From Cyanophora paradoxa CCMP329 (lineage: Eukaryota > Plantae > Glaucophyta), in contig QPMI01000414.1 in assembly GCA_004431415.1 (NCBI GenBank), positions 62,001-126,000 on the forward strand: a stretch of 64,000 nt of DNA, in the 5' to 3' direction. Position 1 is the first letter of the stretch. The number at the start of each line of letters is the position of its first letter. Below, piece by piece: positions 61,221 through 64,000 of this stretch. The position numbers were made by a program, and so were the translations under genes. The notes beneath the pieces were generated by a model. It did no database searches and was not told the DNA's origin. It saw nothing but the letters and a program-made list of their open reading frames with translations.

Positions 61221-62991
61221 ATGGAGCCGCTGCGGGAGCATGACGCGCCTGGCGTGTCGCTGCTCGACCTGCCGGAGGAGATCTTGGAGCGCATCCTGCA
61301 GCTCGCGGGGCTATCGGACGCGTGGCCCGCGCGGCGAACGTGCCGCCGCGTGCGTGATGCCGTGGATCGGGCCTCGAGCTCCGGCCGCCTTGCCCCGGCG
61401 CACGAGCTGAGGGCGGCGGCGGACGACCCTGCTGTCCTGGAGGCGCTCGCGAAGCTGATTAGGGCGGGCCGCGTGCGCGCCGAGTCGTTGAGCATCACGC
61501 TGGGCCGGCCTCGGGCGTCGGCGCCGTCAGCTGCAGCGACTGGTAATGCGAAAGGCGGCCGCGGCGCGGGGGCTGCATCCCAGCTCTTTAAGGCGGCGGC
61601 GGCGGTCCTGGAGGCGTGGGCGCCGGCGGCGGGCGCGGCGCAGCCGGCGGCCGGCGAGGCGACGCTCGTCGTTCGAGAGGACCTCTTCGAAGACGGCGCC
61701 TTCCTCGACGCGCTGCGCGGGGCGCCGCCGGCGCTGGGGCGCCTGAGCGGCCTGCGGCTCCCCGTCGGCCTGCGCGTCGTTTCACCGGAGGCGAACGCCA
61801 TCGTCGAGCTCCTGCCCCGACTCCGCCGCCTCTCCTTCGAGTTCGGGAGCTGGTTCGCCAAGGCGGCGAGGCGCGCGCCCGAGCGCTCGGACCTCTTCAA
61901 CGCGCTGGACGTCGTCGTTCGAGCGCTCTCGCGGCTGCCACTGGAGGAGCTCGCGGTCGACGGCGCGCGCGGCGGGGTCGGGGTGGAGGGCGCCCAGCTC
62001 CGGGCCCTCGCCAACGGGCGCGCCGGGCGGTCCCTACGCTCCCTCGACTTCGGGTGCGCCTCCGATGAGCCTTCCTTTCTTTCTTCCTTGCATTCTGACG
62101 CCCTCCTCCCCCCTCGCCCCCCCACCTCCCCCCTCCTCGCCCCCCCCCCCCCCCCCCCCCTCCCGCAGGAGAACGCTCAGCCTGGACCGCGTGGCCGCCG
62201 GCGGCCTCTTCTCCCTCCCCGCCTCGAGCGCGTCGCCTCCAAGCTCGCCTTCGGGTGCGATCCCGTACCCCCCGCCCCCCCCCCGTACCCCTACCCCCTT
62301 TGAGCCCGCGTCGTGTACCCCCCCCCCCAGGCCGGACCCGGAGGCGTGCACGTCGGCGCTGTACGGCGTACTCCTGCACGGGGCGCTGCGGGAGGCCAGC
62401 CTCTCGATTCGGGTACCCCCCACGGGCTTCGACTTCGTTCGGGACCTCCAAATGGCCCTCGAGAGCCGCCCTACCCCCCTCTCCGACCTCAGCCTCCACC
62501 TCGAAATCTTCGCCGGTGCGGCTTCGAACTCAATTTTGCCGAAAACTACGTACCCTCGACCGCCCCTCACACCTCCCACTGGGCCAGTTCGCACGCGGGG
62601 CGCCCTCGTACCCCTGCTCGAGGTCGCGGGCCCCGCCCTCCGCTCATTCGATCTGAGCTCCGAGGAGCCGCCGGCCCCGGGCGAGCTGGCCGCCCTCGCC
62701 GCCTGCGCGCGCCTCGAGCGGGCCCGCCTCTCGCACCCGCTCCCCGAGGGGGCGGGCGCCTGCGCTCCCGCGGGGTACCTCGCCCTCGCGCCCCTCGCCC
62801 ACCGCCTCGAGGTCCGCCACCGCCTGTACCCCGCCGAGGCCTCCTTTTAAGGCCTGCCGCAGGTCCGCCTCGGGGCGGCGTCGACGTCGACGTCGGGCGG
62901 GGGCGGGGGCGGGGCCCCGGGGCGGCCGGGGGCCCTCGAGGCGCTCCGGCGGCTGCTCCCCGGGGCCCGCGTCGAGCTGGACTCCCCCTGA
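61221..62991 (+). CDS. F-box protein with degenerate LRR-like C-terminus
   Basis: SLLDLPEEILERILQLAG..ARRTCRRVR F-box, followed by LxxLxL units (LPRLRRLSF, LPLEELAV, SLRSLDF, ALRSFDL). Confidence 0.8.
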
Positions 62992-63854
62992 CCCGCGCCT
63001 TCTAAGGACTAGACCCCTTGTTCCTTTTTGTCGACAGGAGACATCTTTGTCATGCTGAGCTCGGCGCCGGCGCCCCACGCCGGCCCCCGCGTCTTGCCGG
63101 CCGCCCTGGCGGAGCCTGCTGACCCGGCCCCCGATTCGCCAAGATATTTCCATGATGACGGATCCGCGCCCCCTATAGCTAATTTAAAAGGAGTATAATA
63201 AATTTTATAGCTAGGGACGGGGCGGTCGGAAGGGCAGGACCGGAGGAGGGTGCAGGGTAGGGGGTGAGGGGGTCAAGGGGGGAAGGGTGGAGGGGCGGCG
63301 CGGCCGGCGTGGGGGGGGGGGTAGGAGGCACGGAGGAGAGAAGAGGGCGAGACAGGCGTGGAGGACATCCTCGACCTCGGCCGGGTGGAGGAGAGCAAGG
63401 AGGGGGCGAGGGAGGGCGGGTAGGAGGGGTGGCCATGGGGGCCCGGCCGGGGGGGTGGGAGCCAGGGGGCAGGGGTGGGGGCCTCGGAGCCTGTAGTTGA
63501 GCACACTCGCATCGCTCGTGCCGCGCACTTCGCGCTGCTGCTCGCTCGTGGCCGCGGGCACGCTTGCGCCCGATCCGATGATCGCAAGCTTGCTCGCGCG
63601 CAGTCGCTTTCAAGATTTGCTGAGTGCAATCGCTCCTAGCTATACTATAGAGTTTGCATTTGCACTTCGAAACTCGAAGGATTAATATTATCTCGAAGCA
63701 TTTTCACACGTACGCGTTCAAATTCAAACTGCTTCAGGGAATCACACAGAATTCGAATTTTCTCTGGTTGTATTGCAGTAGGTATACGTAGGCGGGTAGG
63801 AGGAGAGGGGGTTACGGGGGGCACTGCGGCAGGGGGCAGGGGGCGCGGGGGCGG

Positions 63855-64000
63855 TCAGCCTTCCCATGGCCAGCTGTAGGGCGGGCGCCCCGCGAACATC
63901 GCCTCGAGCGCCGCCCTTCTGGCCTCGTCGAGCTGCGGGTTGTAGCGCACCCGCACAGCGACCTCGGGGCGGAGGCCCCGCAGGACCTGCCGGGCCGTCG
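63855..64000 (-). CDS. 3' end of a gene continuing beyond the window
   Basis: Reads ARQVLRGLRPEVAVRVRYNPQLDEARRAALEAMFAGRPPYSWPWEG* with strongly GC3 codons. Confidence 0.55.
   Translation of the reverse strand, partial: TARQVLRGLRPEVAVRVRYNPQLDEARRAALEAMFAGRPPYSWPWEG

Noticed and set aside
63211-63561. Possible LINE C-terminal zinc-knuckle remnant (EDVLHACL) and a short match to the retroposon 3' end
   Set aside because: Too short and too low-complexity to support.
1-64000. tRNA, rRNA or snRNA genes
   Set aside because: None recognised by eye; a covariance-model scan would be needed to exclude them.

Overview
Eukaryotic nuclear DNA: GC-rich, with many short introns (about 50-150 bp, GT-AG and frequent GC-AG), so most long six-frame ORFs are shadows and real genes had to be assembled from exons by eye. 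A plastid-targeted-looking enzyme and a cilium-family gene suggest a flagellated alga, possibly glaucophyte-like (inference only). Genes in order: 3' part of a REJ/GPS single-pass membrane protein; FAM149/DUF3719-like protein; an mRNA-capping-enzyme paralogue with both active sites degenerate; an ARM-repeat protein; MOB1; a head-to-head pair of SMP/C2 extended-synaptotagmin paralogues; an accessory zone (about 23.4-34.6 kb) with a 151/157-bp satellite, gene remnants, a MITE-like element and an 80-bp retro-insertion with a 17-bp TSD; a double-Kelch/coiled-coil/RING protein; two tandem copies of a large TPR-like gene separated by a LINE-like remnant; a phytyl-ester-synthase-like acyltransferase; a 70-aa membrane protein; 6-phosphogluconate dehydrogenase; an F-box/LRR-like gene. 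The strongest unexplained signal is a stereotyped insertion process. Paralogous copies inside the window repeatedly differ by a triplet X becoming X-revcomp(X)-X (+6 bp, frame-neutral, any triplet), and these scars are dense in intergenic DNA and at gene 5' ends. Gene interiors instead accumulate GGGGTAC/GTACCCC and G/C runs. Exon boundaries and gene ends are manual and partly approximate.
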